From: an uncultured delta proteobacterium
GTDB lineage: Bacteria; Desulfobacterota; Desulfomonilia; UBA1062
Direction: 5' to 3'
Length of the DNA stretch: 64,000 nt
NCBI GenBank assembly: GCA_963785235.1
Contig: CAWAUM010000005.1
Location: 384,001-448,000 of the forward strand
Below the pieces are notes generated by a model. It was not told where the DNA came from and made no database searches. It worked only from the letters and a program-made list of their open reading frames with translations. A program made the translations under genes and the position numbers. Positions 1-9,422 of this stretch are shown here, piece by piece (position 1 is the first letter of the stretch; each line of letters opens with the position of its first letter).

Positions 1-74
1 TTGATAAGGCGCAATCACTGGGAATACAGGTTCTCTCGGAAGAGCAATTTCTGGAAATGATTAAGGGGACATGA
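1..74 (+). CDS. ligA: NAD-dependent DNA ligase, C-terminal BRCT end (partial)
   Basis: Frame 3 reads DKAQSLGIQVLSEEQFLEMIKGT*, typical of the LigA BRCT C-terminus; truncated by the window edge. Confidence 0.75.
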   Translation, partial: DKAQSLGIQVLSEEQFLEMIKGT

Positions 75-78
75 TACT

Positions 79-354
79 ATGAAGGCCCTCCACCTGATGA
101 TTCGAGGCAGGGTACAAGGCGTTTGGTTCAGGGCATCAACGCAGGAAACTGCCCGTCAGCTCAGAATTAAGGGATGGGTTCGCAACACACCTGAAGGCCA
201 TGTTGAAGCGCACATTCAGGGAGATGAGTCGTCTGTTGAGAAAATGCTTTCATGGTGCTCACAGGGCCCACCGGGCGCAAGCGTGGAAGGTATCGATGTC
301 AGCGAAACAAGTCCGAACGAAGAGTTTAAGGCTTTTAATATACGCTATTATTGA
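79..354 (+). CDS. acyP: Acylphosphatase
   Basis: GRVQGVWFR and GWVRN motifs, GPP loop, 91 aa. Confidence 0.95.
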   Translation: MKALHLMIRGRVQGVWFRASTQETARQLRIKGWVRNTPEGHVEAHIQGDESSVEKMLSWCSQGPPGASVEGIDVSETSPNEEFKAFNIRYY

Positions 355-403
355 TTGTATTTCATGCTTGCATATGAAATCCCTTTGGTATAAGAACTTT
401 TCG

Positions 404-442
404 CTCCTTGCTCCTTAATTGGGGCTACAAATCCACAAGGAG
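404..442 (+). promoter_or_regulatory. S6:S18 autoregulatory leader RNA (candidate)
   Basis: CTCCTTG(404-410) pairs with SD-containing CAAGGAG(436-442); inner hairpin CTCC-ttaatt-GGGG; unpaired CCA at 433-435 fits the conserved CCR motif; directly upstream of rpsF. Confidence 0.7.
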
Positions 443-448
443 GATTTC

Positions 449-832
449 ATGAATCTTTACGAGATTATGTTCGTCTTGAATCCCGACATAGGGGAAGATG
501 AACGGGAAAAGGCAACTACCCGCCTGAAGAACACTATCAGCAAGAACAACGGTGACATCATCCGCTTCGACGACATGGGCTTCAAGAGTCTTACATACAA
601 GATCAAGAAAAAATCCCGGGGCCACTTTTTCCTGATCAACCTGGAAGGTCCTGGCTCTATGGTCGCCGAGATCGAACGATTTCTGCGTCTAGATGAAAAT
701 GTCATACGATTCGTCGTTGTAAGGCTTGATAAGCACGTGACAAGACAGGATCTCGAGCCGAAGGTTGAACCTCAACCCGAGGCGTCTCCGGCACCGGCGC
801 CGGCACCAGAACAGGGGGAGGTAGGAGCTTAA
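449..832 (+). CDS. rpsF: 30S ribosomal protein S6
   Basis: [13 protein letters not shown]...LTYKIKK...VIRFVVV; SD AAGGAGG before ATG 449. Confidence 0.95.
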   Translation: MNLYEIMFVLNPDIGEDEREKATTRLKNTISKNNGDIIRFDDMGFKSLTYKIKKKSRGHFFLINLEGPGSMVAEIERFLRLDENVIRFVVVRLDKHVTRQDLEPKVEPQPEASPAPAPAPEQGEVGA

Positions 833-833
833 C

Positions 834-1091
834 ATGCAGGATAGACCGCCAAGAACTTCATCAGGCAGCAAAAAGCCGTACTATAAGAGAAAGACATGCA
901 GGTTCTGTGAAGAGAAGACACTGCCCATAGACTACAAGGCACCGCATGTGCTTAAGGACTTTATCACTGAACGAGGCAAGATCTTGCCGAGACGCATCAC
1001 AGGCACCTGTTCGCACCACCAGAAGAAACTGGCCACGGAGATAAAGAGGGCAAGGATCATGGCCCTTATTCCATTCACCGTGCACGACTAG
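834..1091 (+). CDS. rpsR: 30S ribosomal protein S18 (Zn-binding type)
   Basis: [30 protein letters not shown] motifs. Confidence 0.97.
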   Translation: MQDRPPRTSSGSKKPYYKRKTCRFCEEKTLPIDYKAPHVLKDFITERGKILPRRITGTCSHHQKKLATEIKRARIMALIPFTVHD

Positions 1092-1095
1092 AGAC

Positions 1096-2016
1096 ATGCC
1101 CCTTATGGGTGGAGACAGGAGGACCCTGTGGATTATCATGGGGGCCTTCTTTATTTTTTGTGTCTTGATAGTCACGGCAACTGAGTTGGCATTGCCTGCT
1201 GCAATGATATTCCCTGCTGCATACTATATGTATGCAGAACGGATACCGTACAGATGGCAGGGGCTTCTAGCTTGTGCACCGCTTACGCTTTCACTGATCC
1301 CGGCATTCTCCTTTGGCGCCATGATATACGCTGCTCTTCTGGCAACAGCTCTTATGATGCACTATTTATTAAAGAGGGCAGACATCGGGCTTGCTGTTGC
1401 AGCGCCATCCATTCTGATCTTTGCTTTTGTGGCAGCGAGCATTTTTTTTGTATCTTATAATAGCGGCAATACTATTGAAGAACTGTTGACCAAATGGGCA
1501 GCACAGGTGGTAGGTGAGATGATGAAGGTTTCTGAAAGTGCGCTCTCTTCGAGCGAACAATCGGAATTCAAACAGAACCTCCAAACCTTCCAGGTAATGA
1601 TCGTCACACTTTTTCCATCAATAATCATATCAAGTTTAGCAGTTATCATGTGGATAAATCTGCTCATTATAACCTGGAAAATCAAGACGATATCTGTAAA
1701 AGAATGGAAAAGCCCGGACTGGATTGTTGCATTTTTCATCCTTGCAGGATTGTTTACCCTGCTTGAGCATAAAATTCTCCAGACAATAGGGCTCAATCTC
1801 TTGGTCCTTGTAGGGCAGGTCTACTTTTTTCAGGGCCTCGCAATTGTCTCGGTTTTCATGGATGAACGCAAGTGGCCCGGCATGATTCGGTGGCCTATTT
1901 ACATTTTAATCTTGATCCAGATATATATGATGATTATTGTAGCCGGATTCGGTTTGTTTGACACCTGGTTTGACTTCAGGAAAAGGATACGAACACCAAA
2001 AGGAGATATACAATGA
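1096..2016 (+). CDS. YybS/DUF2232 family membrane protein
   Basis: Multi-TM; YFFQGLAIV and GLFDTWFDFR motifs; conserved position between rpsR and rplI. Confidence 0.85.
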   Translation: MPLMGGDRRTLWIIMGAFFIFCVLIVTATELALPAAMIFPAAYYMYAERIPYRWQGLLACAPLTLSLIPAFSFGAMIYAALLATALMMHYLLKRADIGLAVAAPSILIFAFVAASIFFVSYNSGNTIEELLTKWAAQVVGEMMKVSESALSSSEQSEFKQNLQTFQVMIVTLFPSIIISSLAVIMWINLLIITWKIKTISVKEWKSPDWIVAFFILAGLFTLLEHKILQTIGLNLLVLVGQVYFFQGLAIVSVFMDERKWPGMIRWPIYILILIQIYMMIIVAGFGLFDTWFDFRKRIRTPKGDIQ

Positions 2017-2468
2017 AGGTAGTACTCTTAGAGACGATCGATGGTCTGGGCAGCGTGGGCCAGGAGGTAAAGGTTAAAGATGGCTATGCCAGGAACTATC
2101 TTATCCCCAAGGGATTGGGACTTCTGGCGACCGATTCCAACATTAAGGCCTTTCATGGCAAGATACAGGCGCGCATCAAGTCTGAGGCCAAATCAAAGGA
2201 ACATGCTGCTAAACTCGCTAGTGAGTTATCTGCTGTTACCTTACAATTCAAGGTCAAGACCGGTCAGGAAGGAAAGCTGTTCGGGTCTGTCACCAATGCC
2301 GATATCTTTGATGCCCTCAAAGAGAAGGGATTTGAGGTAGACAAAAAAAAGATTATCCTGACAGACGCCATCAAGCATGTGGGTACGCATGAAGTCGCAG
2401 TCCGCCTCTTTCCGGAAGTGATGGCGCACATAAAAGTGGAGGTGATACCAGAGCCACAAGGCGAATAA
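2013..2468 (+). CDS. rplI: 50S ribosomal protein L9
   Basis: VKDGYARNYLIPKG, GKLFGSV motifs. Confidence 0.97.
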   Translation: MKVVLLETIDGLGSVGQEVKVKDGYARNYLIPKGLGLLATDSNIKAFHGKIQARIKSEAKSKEHAAKLASELSAVTLQFKVKTGQEGKLFGSVTNADIFDALKEKGFEVDKKKIILTDAIKHVGTHEVAVRLFPEVMAHIKVEVIPEPQGE

Positions 2469-2469
2469 G

Positions 2470-3819
2470 ATGGATTCTTCGCCGATCTCTCCTCCCCACA
2501 ACAGGGAAGCAGAAGAATATATACTCGGAGGGGTTCTCATGGAGAACTCCTCATTCGATACTGTATCGGAGATTCTCTCTCCAGCTGATTTCTATGCAGA
2601 GCGGAACAGGATTATCTTTGAGGAGATGATCCGACTCATGGATAAAGGCCTGCCTATCGATCTTGTATCGCTTACAGAGGCTGTCGAGGCAAGAGGGAGG
2701 CTTGATAAGGTTGGCGGCGCATCGTATATTTCTCAACTCTCAGATAACATCCCAACCACCGCGAACATTGAATATTACGCACGGCTTGTAAGGGAAAAGT
2801 GCATACTCAGGTCATTAATCACTGGAGCCGGCGAGATAATCAAGTCAGCAAGGTCGCCTGCCGGAGAGGTCTCTGATGTACTGGACTCTGCAGAGCAGAT
2901 TATTTATGCCATCAATAAACAGGTCAAGGACAGGAAAGGCGGCCTTACCAGGATCGGCGTTCCTCTGCATGACCTGTATCATAACCTGAGCCGAATGGCC
3001 AAAGGAGAGATTGATCAGGGCGTAGTCCCTTCGGGATTCAGCGAGCTTGACAGCCAATTGCTTGGAGGCCTCCACAAATCCGACCTCATAATAGTTGCAG
3101 GCAGGCCTTCAATGGGCAAGACCTCGCTGGCAATAAACATTGCCCAGTATGTTGCGGTAACCGAACAACTTCCCGTTGCAGTTTTTTCTCTTGAAATGGG
3201 TATCGAACAGCTCGTGCTAAGGATGTTGGCCTCAGAGGCATGGATAAACCAGAGCCATGTGCGCTCCGCCACGGCACTTTCCATGCTTAAGAAAGAGGAT
3301 TGGAGCAAACTGCTGGAGGCTTCGGGAAAACTCTCGGAGGCGCCCCTGTATATTGACGACACTCCAGGCATATCACCCATGGAGATCAGAGCCAAGATCC
3401 GCAGGCTCATATCCCAGACAGATGTGCGCATGGTAGTGGTGGATTATCTTCAGCTCATGACTATCAAAGGCCGGTCTGACTCCAGAGAACAGGAGATATC
3501 TGAGATATCCAGGACACTGAAGGCTATAGCCAAGGAATTCAACATACCAGTCGTAGCACTCAGCCAGCTCAATAGAAGGGTAGAGGAGCGCGGCGATAAG
3601 AGGCCTATGATGTCGGATCTCAGGGAATCCGGTGCCATTGAGCAGGATGCAGACGTTATCTGCTTTATTTATCGAGATGATGTATATAATTCAGAAAGCC
3701 TGGAGAAAGGCATTGCCGAGATTATCGTGGCTAAACACAGGAATGGGCCTACTGGTACCATAAAACTGAAATGGATACCGGAATATACAAAATTCTGGGA
3801 GCTTGACTTAAGGCATTAA
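2470..3819 (+). CDS. dnaB: Replicative DNA helicase
   Basis: Walker A GRPSMGKT, FSLEM, VDYLQL, LSQLNR, DLRESGAIEQDAD, KHRNG. Confidence 0.97.
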   Translation: MDSSPISPPHNREAEEYILGGVLMENSSFDTVSEILSPADFYAERNRIIFEEMIRLMDKGLPIDLVSLTEAVEARGRLDKVGGASYISQLSDNIPTTANIEYYARLVREKCILRSLITGAGEIIKSARSPAGEVSDVLDSAEQIIYAINKQVKDRKGGLTRIGVPLHDLYHNLSRMAKGEIDQGVVPSGFSELDSQLLGGLHKSDLIIVAGRPSMGKTSLAINIAQYVAVTEQLPVAVFSLEMGIEQLVLRMLASEAWINQSHVRSATALSMLKKEDWSKLLEASGKLSEAPLYIDDTPGISPMEIRAKIRRLISQTDVRMVVVDYLQLMTIKGRSDSREQEISEISRTLKAIAKEFNIPVVALSQLNRRVEERGDKRPMMSDLRESGAIEQDADVICFIYRDDVYNSESLEKGIAEIIVAKHRNGPTGTIKLKWIPEYTKFWELDLRH

Positions 3820-3842
3820 GAGCTTAGCCTTAATCCCAGATA

Positions 3843-4601
3843 TCAAATCTTTTTCCTTCGCATGGGATATTCGTGTCCTATATGGACGTCTTCAGCAAGG
3901 ATTGAGTTGTGTTTTTCAATGGCAGCCTTGATCCGTTGCAGGGATCTCAACTCAATTTGTCGTACACGCTCCCTGGTCACCCCGATCAGGTTAGCTATGT
4001 CCTTGAGAGTGGCCGGCGGGTCACAGAAGAATCTCTTTTCAATGATGAATACTTCCCGATTGCTCAGGATGGGTGGATCTGAACGCAAGAGGTTAAGCAG
4101 GTAGGCATGTCTCTCCTTGATTGAGTAGAAATCATCCGGATCTGGTCCCTCATAGAGAATGTGATCCATGAGACTTTCTTCATTCTGGGACTCTCCGGCA
4201 ATAATGCAATCCAGAGATACAAGGCCTTTGGCATGGGTGAGCCTGCCTGTATGCACCTGGTAGCTTTTGTGGATGAAATTCTTGATATAGGCCTTTATCC
4301 ACCATATGGCATAGCAGATGAATCTTACCCCCATATCAGGATCAAAACGGGTTAGGGCCTTAACAAGACCCATATTCCCCTCCTGCACTATCTCGAGAGG
4401 ACCATAACCAAGGTAAAAATACGGTCGGCCGATTTTTAATACAAAACGCAAATTAGAAGTGATAATCTTCTTCCCGGCATCTATGTCGCCCTGCTTATAC
4501 TTTCGAGCAAGATCCTGCTCTTCTTCTGGGGTGAGGATGGAATAGTCTTTGATCTTCCGGGTATAGTTTTCAAAATCCGAAGACGGATATCTGCTCCCCA
4601 T
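3843..4601 (-). CDS. RpoH/RpoD-like sigma-70 factor, short form
   Basis: Region 1.2 (LTPEEEQDLA), region 2 (SNLRFV, QEGNMGL, RFDP, YAIWWIKA), region 4 (TLKDIA..GVTRERVRQIE). Confidence 0.88.
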   Translation of the reverse strand: MGSRYPSSDFENYTRKIKDYSILTPEEEQDLARKYKQGDIDAGKKIITSNLRFVLKIGRPYFYLGYGPLEIVQEGNMGLVKALTRFDPDMGVRFICYAIWWIKAYIKNFIHKSYQVHTGRLTHAKGLVSLDCIIAGESQNEESLMDHILYEGPDPDDFYSIKERHAYLLNLLRSDPPILSNREVFIIEKRFFCDPPATLKDIANLIGVTRERVRQIELRSLQRIKAAIEKHNSILAEDVHIGHEYPMRRKKI

Positions 4602-4997
4602 AGACCCTCCCCAAATTTCGGATATTTTAGAATAGCTTATATCTTACACAAAATCAAGAGGCATAATATGTAAAAGATATGCAAACAAAAAAGGACAATA
4701 AATAAGGCATATTGAACAACGCTGATAAAATACAAAACTTGCTAACATTTCACATACATTGAGAGCTCATTCAATAATTATCATTTTATGTTTTTACATC
4801 ATTGATTATAGATCTCTTTTTAAAAAAATGGATATAGACAATAAAAACAACCTTCATGCTGCCAACTACTGCAATAAAAGCACGGATTACATCATCATGA
4901 GGAAAGTATAGAGTACCTCAAAAATCATTGCAATAATTCAATACCGGAGATACATAGACCTCGGGTCACAATCTTTTTAATTCCAAGGAATAAAGGT

Positions 4998-6290
4998 ATG
5001 GAAGACGGATATTTCACCCTGCAGATCGAATCCATGGCTTATGGAGGCAGCGGAGTTGGCCGGAGAAAGGATGGTAAGGTGGTTTTCATACCCCGGGTTA
5101 TCCCTGGAGAGAAGGTTGCCGCAGCTATTAGAAAAGAACATAAGAATTATATAGAAGCCGAAGTTAAGGAACTCCTGGAGGCATCGCCTTGCCGGGTAAC
5201 ACCACCATGTCCGCATTTTTATGACTGTGGCGGATGTGACTGGCAGCATATCATGTATAGAGAACAGATTGCGCTTAAACAGGAAATTCTGAAGGCGCAG
5301 ATAGTTGCAAAAATTCCAAAAACGGACGTGCTCTTTGACAATCCGGAGATATCGTCAAAAGAATTTGAATATCGCTGTCATGCAGTTGTGCAATGTACGC
5401 ATAAAAACGGATTTGACATAGGGTTCTTCCGAAAACAGACAAATACTATTACCCCGTTTGACCGGTGCTTTATACTCAATAAACGTTGTCAGAAAGTGCT
5501 TAATCAGATCAGGGAGATGTTGAGAGACCATCTGATTGCAGGACTCGACTTCATTGAGATCCATGCACCCATGGACGAGGTTCTCGTACGGGTCTTTTTG
5601 AAAGGGCCGCTTTCAAGAGATGCCCTGGATTTTTTTCATGGTGTTTATAGGGTTATAGCCCTGAGCGGCTTATCGATTTTTTCCAAGGACAACCTGTGGC
5701 ATGAACATGTCTTTGGCAAGCGCTTCTGTTTTTATGACATCACTGTGCATGGCAGGAAAGTCATGCTTGCAGGCAGTTTCGGTGGATTCATCCAGGCAAA
5801 CATGTATATGAATCAGAGACTTGTTGAATATGTTCATAATAGTACAAAAGGATCAAAGAAGCTGATCGATCTTTATAGCGGCGCTGGAAACTTCAGCATA
5901 CCGTTGTCTTTCCAGGCAGATGAGGTGCTTGCCGTGGAGCAGGACGAAGGACTGGTAAAGTCAGGGGCAGATCTTGCCCGTAAAAACGGATGTAGAAACC
6001 TACGGTTCATAAACGAAAAGGCTGCCCGAACATTAAAATGGCTGGAAAAGGAAGGTGTTTCGTTTGATGCGGTAGTCATGGACCCACCCAGGGAAGGAGC
6101 CCAGGAAATCGTTCACATTATTCCAAGAATGAAGATCAACAAGGTTGTGTATATATCCTGTAATCCATCCACCCTTGCCCGGGACCTTGCCATTCTCATA
6201 AAAGAAGGATTCAAATTAAAGAGTGCACGTTTTTTCGATATGTTTCCACAGACCTTTCATATCGAATCGGTTTCAGTGCTCGAACGTTAA
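4998..6290 (+). CDS. rlmD: 23S rRNA m5U methyltransferase RlmD/RumA family
   Basis: TRAM domain, CPHFYDCGGCDWQH Fe-S motif, DPPREG, YISCNPSTLARD, DMFPQTFHIE. Confidence 0.9.
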   Translation: MEDGYFTLQIESMAYGGSGVGRRKDGKVVFIPRVIPGEKVAAAIRKEHKNYIEAEVKELLEASPCRVTPPCPHFYDCGGCDWQHIMYREQIALKQEILKAQIVAKIPKTDVLFDNPEISSKEFEYRCHAVVQCTHKNGFDIGFFRKQTNTITPFDRCFILNKRCQKVLNQIREMLRDHLIAGLDFIEIHAPMDEVLVRVFLKGPLSRDALDFFHGVYRVIALSGLSIFSKDNLWHEHVFGKRFCFYDITVHGRKVMLAGSFGGFIQANMYMNQRLVEYVHNSTKGSKKLIDLYSGAGNFSIPLSFQADEVLAVEQDEGLVKSGADLARKNGCRNLRFINEKAARTLKWLEKEGVSFDAVVMDPPREGAQEIVHIIPRMKINKVVYISCNPSTLARDLAILIKEGFKLKSARFFDMFPQTFHIESVSVLER

Positions 6291-6378
6291 AATCCACCCC
6301 TTTTTAATGTAATATCTCTAGAAGGCAATTCAGTTTTTAACTAGACAAAGGAATGAACCGGCTTGTATATGAATCCTG

Positions 6379-7227
6379 ATGATCGTCGGGATCATAAGCA
6401 AAGAGGATAACCCAGAAGCCCTTGCCCTTTCCAAGCGGGTTGTCCGCTGGATGCAAGATGCAGGATTACTTTGTCTTATCGAAAACCATATCGCCGATTA
6501 CCTCAAAATTGAGCATACTGATGACGCATGGACTAATTCGGAAGTCCTTATTGCCATTGGCGGTGATGGAACTTTTCTGAGGGCCATACGTATGGCTGCA
6601 CCCCGGGAAATACCTGTTCTCGGAATTCATATGGGCAACCTGGGGTTCCTTACCGAGGTCATGGAAGACGAAGTATTTAAAGCCCTGGATGCCCTGAAAA
6701 GCGGTCAATACATAAGGGATGAGCGAACCATGTTTGAGGTAACCCTCTTAAGGGGCGATGTAACCATTGCCTCACAGCATGTGCTCAACGATGTTGTTAT
6801 CAACAAGGGAGCTCTGGCACGCATTATAGACATTGAGGTGTGGACCGACTCCTCTTTCATCACCTGTTATCGAGCAGACGGCCTCATCATATCCACCCCT
6901 ACCGGATCAACAGCTTATAACCTTGCTGCAGGCGGACCTATAGTACACCCGCATGTTGATGCAATCATTCTCAATCCCATATGTCCGCATGTTCTTTCCA
7001 ACAGGAGCCTCGTACTTCCTGATTCCCAGGAGGTTATCATTGTAGTCAAATCCAGCAAGGCCTCGGATAATATTTATCTTACCCTTGACGGACAGAAAGG
7101 ACACCCTCTTCAGGCAGGGGACCGGCTTAGTATCAAGAAGGGGCCCAGAAAGGCCATAATGTTGAGATTCCCGCAGAGGGATTATTTCGAAATTCTCAGA
7201 AGCAAACTCAAGTGGCAGGAGAGATGA
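6379..7227 (+). CDS. nadK: NAD kinase
   Basis: GGDGTFL, LGFL, LNDVV, DGLIISTPTGSTAYNLAAGG. Confidence 0.95.
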   Translation: MIVGIISKEDNPEALALSKRVVRWMQDAGLLCLIENHIADYLKIEHTDDAWTNSEVLIAIGGDGTFLRAIRMAAPREIPVLGIHMGNLGFLTEVMEDEVFKALDALKSGQYIRDERTMFEVTLLRGDVTIASQHVLNDVVINKGALARIIDIEVWTDSSFITCYRADGLIISTPTGSTAYNLAAGGPIVHPHVDAIILNPICPHVLSNRSLVLPDSQEVIIVVKSSKASDNIYLTLDGQKGHPLQAGDRLSIKKGPRKAIMLRFPQRDYFEILRSKLKWQER

Positions 7228-8885
7228 TCGATTTTTTAAAGATCTCTTCCATGGCGATCTTTGATGAGATCGAGATTGATTTCACATCAGGGCTCAACTG
7301 TATCACGGGAGAGACCGGTGCGGGAAAATCTCTGATACTTGACGCCCTGACCCTGCTCATGGGCGCAAGGGCAGGCCGTGAGATGATACGGCCGGGATGC
7401 GACAAAACCATTGTCGAGGCGCTTTTTACGGTTTCAGGCAGTGAGCTGGTCCTGCGAAGGGAGCTTTATCCTACAGGCAGCAGCCGGTGTTACGTTAATG
7501 GCAAGCTTACAACCTCTGCCGGTCTCGTTGAAATGTCTTCAGGGCTTATACACATTTACGGTCAGCATGATTATCAGGACCTGTTGAACCCCAGGCAGCA
7601 TATGAAGATACTTGAAGATTATGCAGGCATAAGCAGGGACAATGTGGAAGCATTATATAAGGAATATATCCTGGCAGAAGAGGCCTACAAAGAACTTGAA
7701 CGCCTGATCGATTCATTCATGCAGGAAAAAGAATATCTGGAACATTGCCTTAAGGAATTGACTGCCGCGAGCATCCAGGAAGGAATGGAGGAAAGACTCA
7801 CACAGGAACTCCAGACAGCACAAAAAGCCTCAGAGCTCAAACAGACGGCATTGACTGCCCAGGAGCTTATCTACACAGGAACCCCATCCATTACAGACCT
7901 CACTGCCGAAGCCCGTCAGCAGATACACCGTATAGTGGTTCATGATCCCTCCATGGAAAAACTGGTTCATTCAATGGACGAGATCAAGGCTCAGCTTGAG
8001 GACATGCATGTGGAGCTCAGAAGCAGGATCGATGCTTATGAATATGACCCCCAGCGCATTGAAGACCTTGAAGAACAGCTCAATACCTTGCGTGAGATCA
8101 AGAGAAAACACCGCACAGATGAGACAGGACTCATCAGGCTCACAGCAGAGATGCAGCAGAAGCTCAGCATGCTCGATGAATCGGGAAACAATACCACAAA
8201 CGCAAAAAGAAAGGTGGATGAAACCCGCAGCAGATATCAGGAAACGGCCAAGACCTTCCTGGAAAAGAGATGGCGTGCTGCAAAAAGACTATGTAAGAGA
8301 ATCAACGCAGATCTTAAAGACCTCGGCATGCCGGGTACCGATTTCAGGGTATCGCAGCTGATGCCTGAGGATTTTGATAAGGCATTCATTGATATTGGGG
8401 GTAGGGCTGTTTCACCTAATATCCTCATGAAAGGCGACTTCCTTATCTCCACAAATGTCGGTCAGAATATTTTACCGCTGGCCAAGATTGCATCGGGTGG
8501 GGAATTGAGCCGCATCATGCTTGCAATAAAGGTCTCGCAGAAGGCCTCGTCTGAAGCAACCCTGATATTTGATGAGATAGATGCAGGTATCAGCGGGCAG
8601 ACCGCCATTGCCATTGCCCATAAGCTCAAGGAGCTTTCCGGGCATGCCCAGGCCATAGTGGTCACACACCTCCATCAGGTGGCATCTGTCGCTGATTCAC
8701 ATTTTGTTATCACCAAGACAGTCAGGGACAGGACTACATCATCAGCCCTTCAAAAGGTGAGAAACACGGACAGGGTCAATGAACTTGCCCGTATGATGGG
8801 CGGCGACTCCCCGAGCCTAAATGTTATCGAGCATGCAAAGGAGCTGGTAAGATCGCACGAAGGGCGACCCTTGCTGGAAAATTAG
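7224..8885 (+). CDS. recN: DNA repair protein RecN
   Basis: TGETGAGKS, ASGGELSR, FDEIDAGISG, VTHLHQVA; ATGA overlap with nadK. Confidence 0.95.
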   Translation: MIDFLKISSMAIFDEIEIDFTSGLNCITGETGAGKSLILDALTLLMGARAGREMIRPGCDKTIVEALFTVSGSELVLRRELYPTGSSRCYVNGKLTTSAGLVEMSSGLIHIYGQHDYQDLLNPRQHMKILEDYAGISRDNVEALYKEYILAEEAYKELERLIDSFMQEKEYLEHCLKELTAASIQEGMEERLTQELQTAQKASELKQTALTAQELIYTGTPSITDLTAEARQQIHRIVVHDPSMEKLVHSMDEIKAQLEDMHVELRSRIDAYEYDPQRIEDLEEQLNTLREIKRKHRTDETGLIRLTAEMQQKLSMLDESGNNTTNAKRKVDETRSRYQETAKTFLEKRWRAAKRLCKRINADLKDLGMPGTDFRVSQLMPEDFDKAFIDIGGRAVSPNILMKGDFLISTNVGQNILPLAKIASGGELSRIMLAIKVSQKASSEATLIFDEIDAGISGQTAIAIAHKLKELSGHAQAIVVTHLHQVASVADSHFVITKTVRDRTTSSALQKVRNTDRVNELARMMGGDSPSLNVIEHAKELVRSHEGRPLLEN

Positions 8886-8960
8886 GCTTTTGATTTGCAT
8901 TTGACTTTTCAAGACCTTGGTGGTCTATGTAGGAAAATTTGCTTCGATGGATATTGTTGC

Positions 8961-9419
8961 ATGATACGAAAACCAGCCATAGCTGAAGCAGCTGAGATAA
9001 GAAATCTTATAGACCCTTTTGTGAAGGAAGGCTTAATCCTCCCAAGATCTCTCCACTCGGTGTATACTTCTATCAGAGATTTTTGGGTATATACAAATGA
9101 AGAGGACACTACTCTCATCAAGGGTTGCTGCGCGCTCCACATCTCTTGGGCTGATATTGCCGAAATCAGGACACTAGCTGTACGCAGGGATTGCCAGGGA
9201 AAGGGTGATGGTGCCGGGCTTGTAGAAGCATGTCTCCAGGAGGCCCGGAACCTTGGACTGAAGAAGGTATTCACACTGACCTATGTACCGGATTTTTTTA
9301 AAAAACTCGGCTTTATCGAGGTTGACAAGGCAAAACTGCCTAACAAGATTTGGGCTGACTGCATCCACTGTCAGTATTTTCCGGACTGCAGGGAGATTGC
9401 ACTCATATATGATCTTTAA
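8961..9419 (+). CDS. argA: Short N-acetylglutamate synthase (GNAT, ArgA-like)
   Basis: LPRS, CCALH, AEIRTLAV, LTYVPDFF, KIWADC..C..FPDC motifs; near argJ. Confidence 0.8.
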   Translation: MIRKPAIAEAAEIRNLIDPFVKEGLILPRSLHSVYTSIRDFWVYTNEEDTTLIKGCCALHISWADIAEIRTLAVRRDCQGKGDGAGLVEACLQEARNLGLKKVFTLTYVPDFFKKLGFIEVDKAKLPNKIWADCIHCQYFPDCREIALIYDL

Positions 9420-9422
9420 GAG

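Noticed and set aside
2470-3819. Intein in dnaB
   Set aside because: Normal 449-aa length with contiguous motifs
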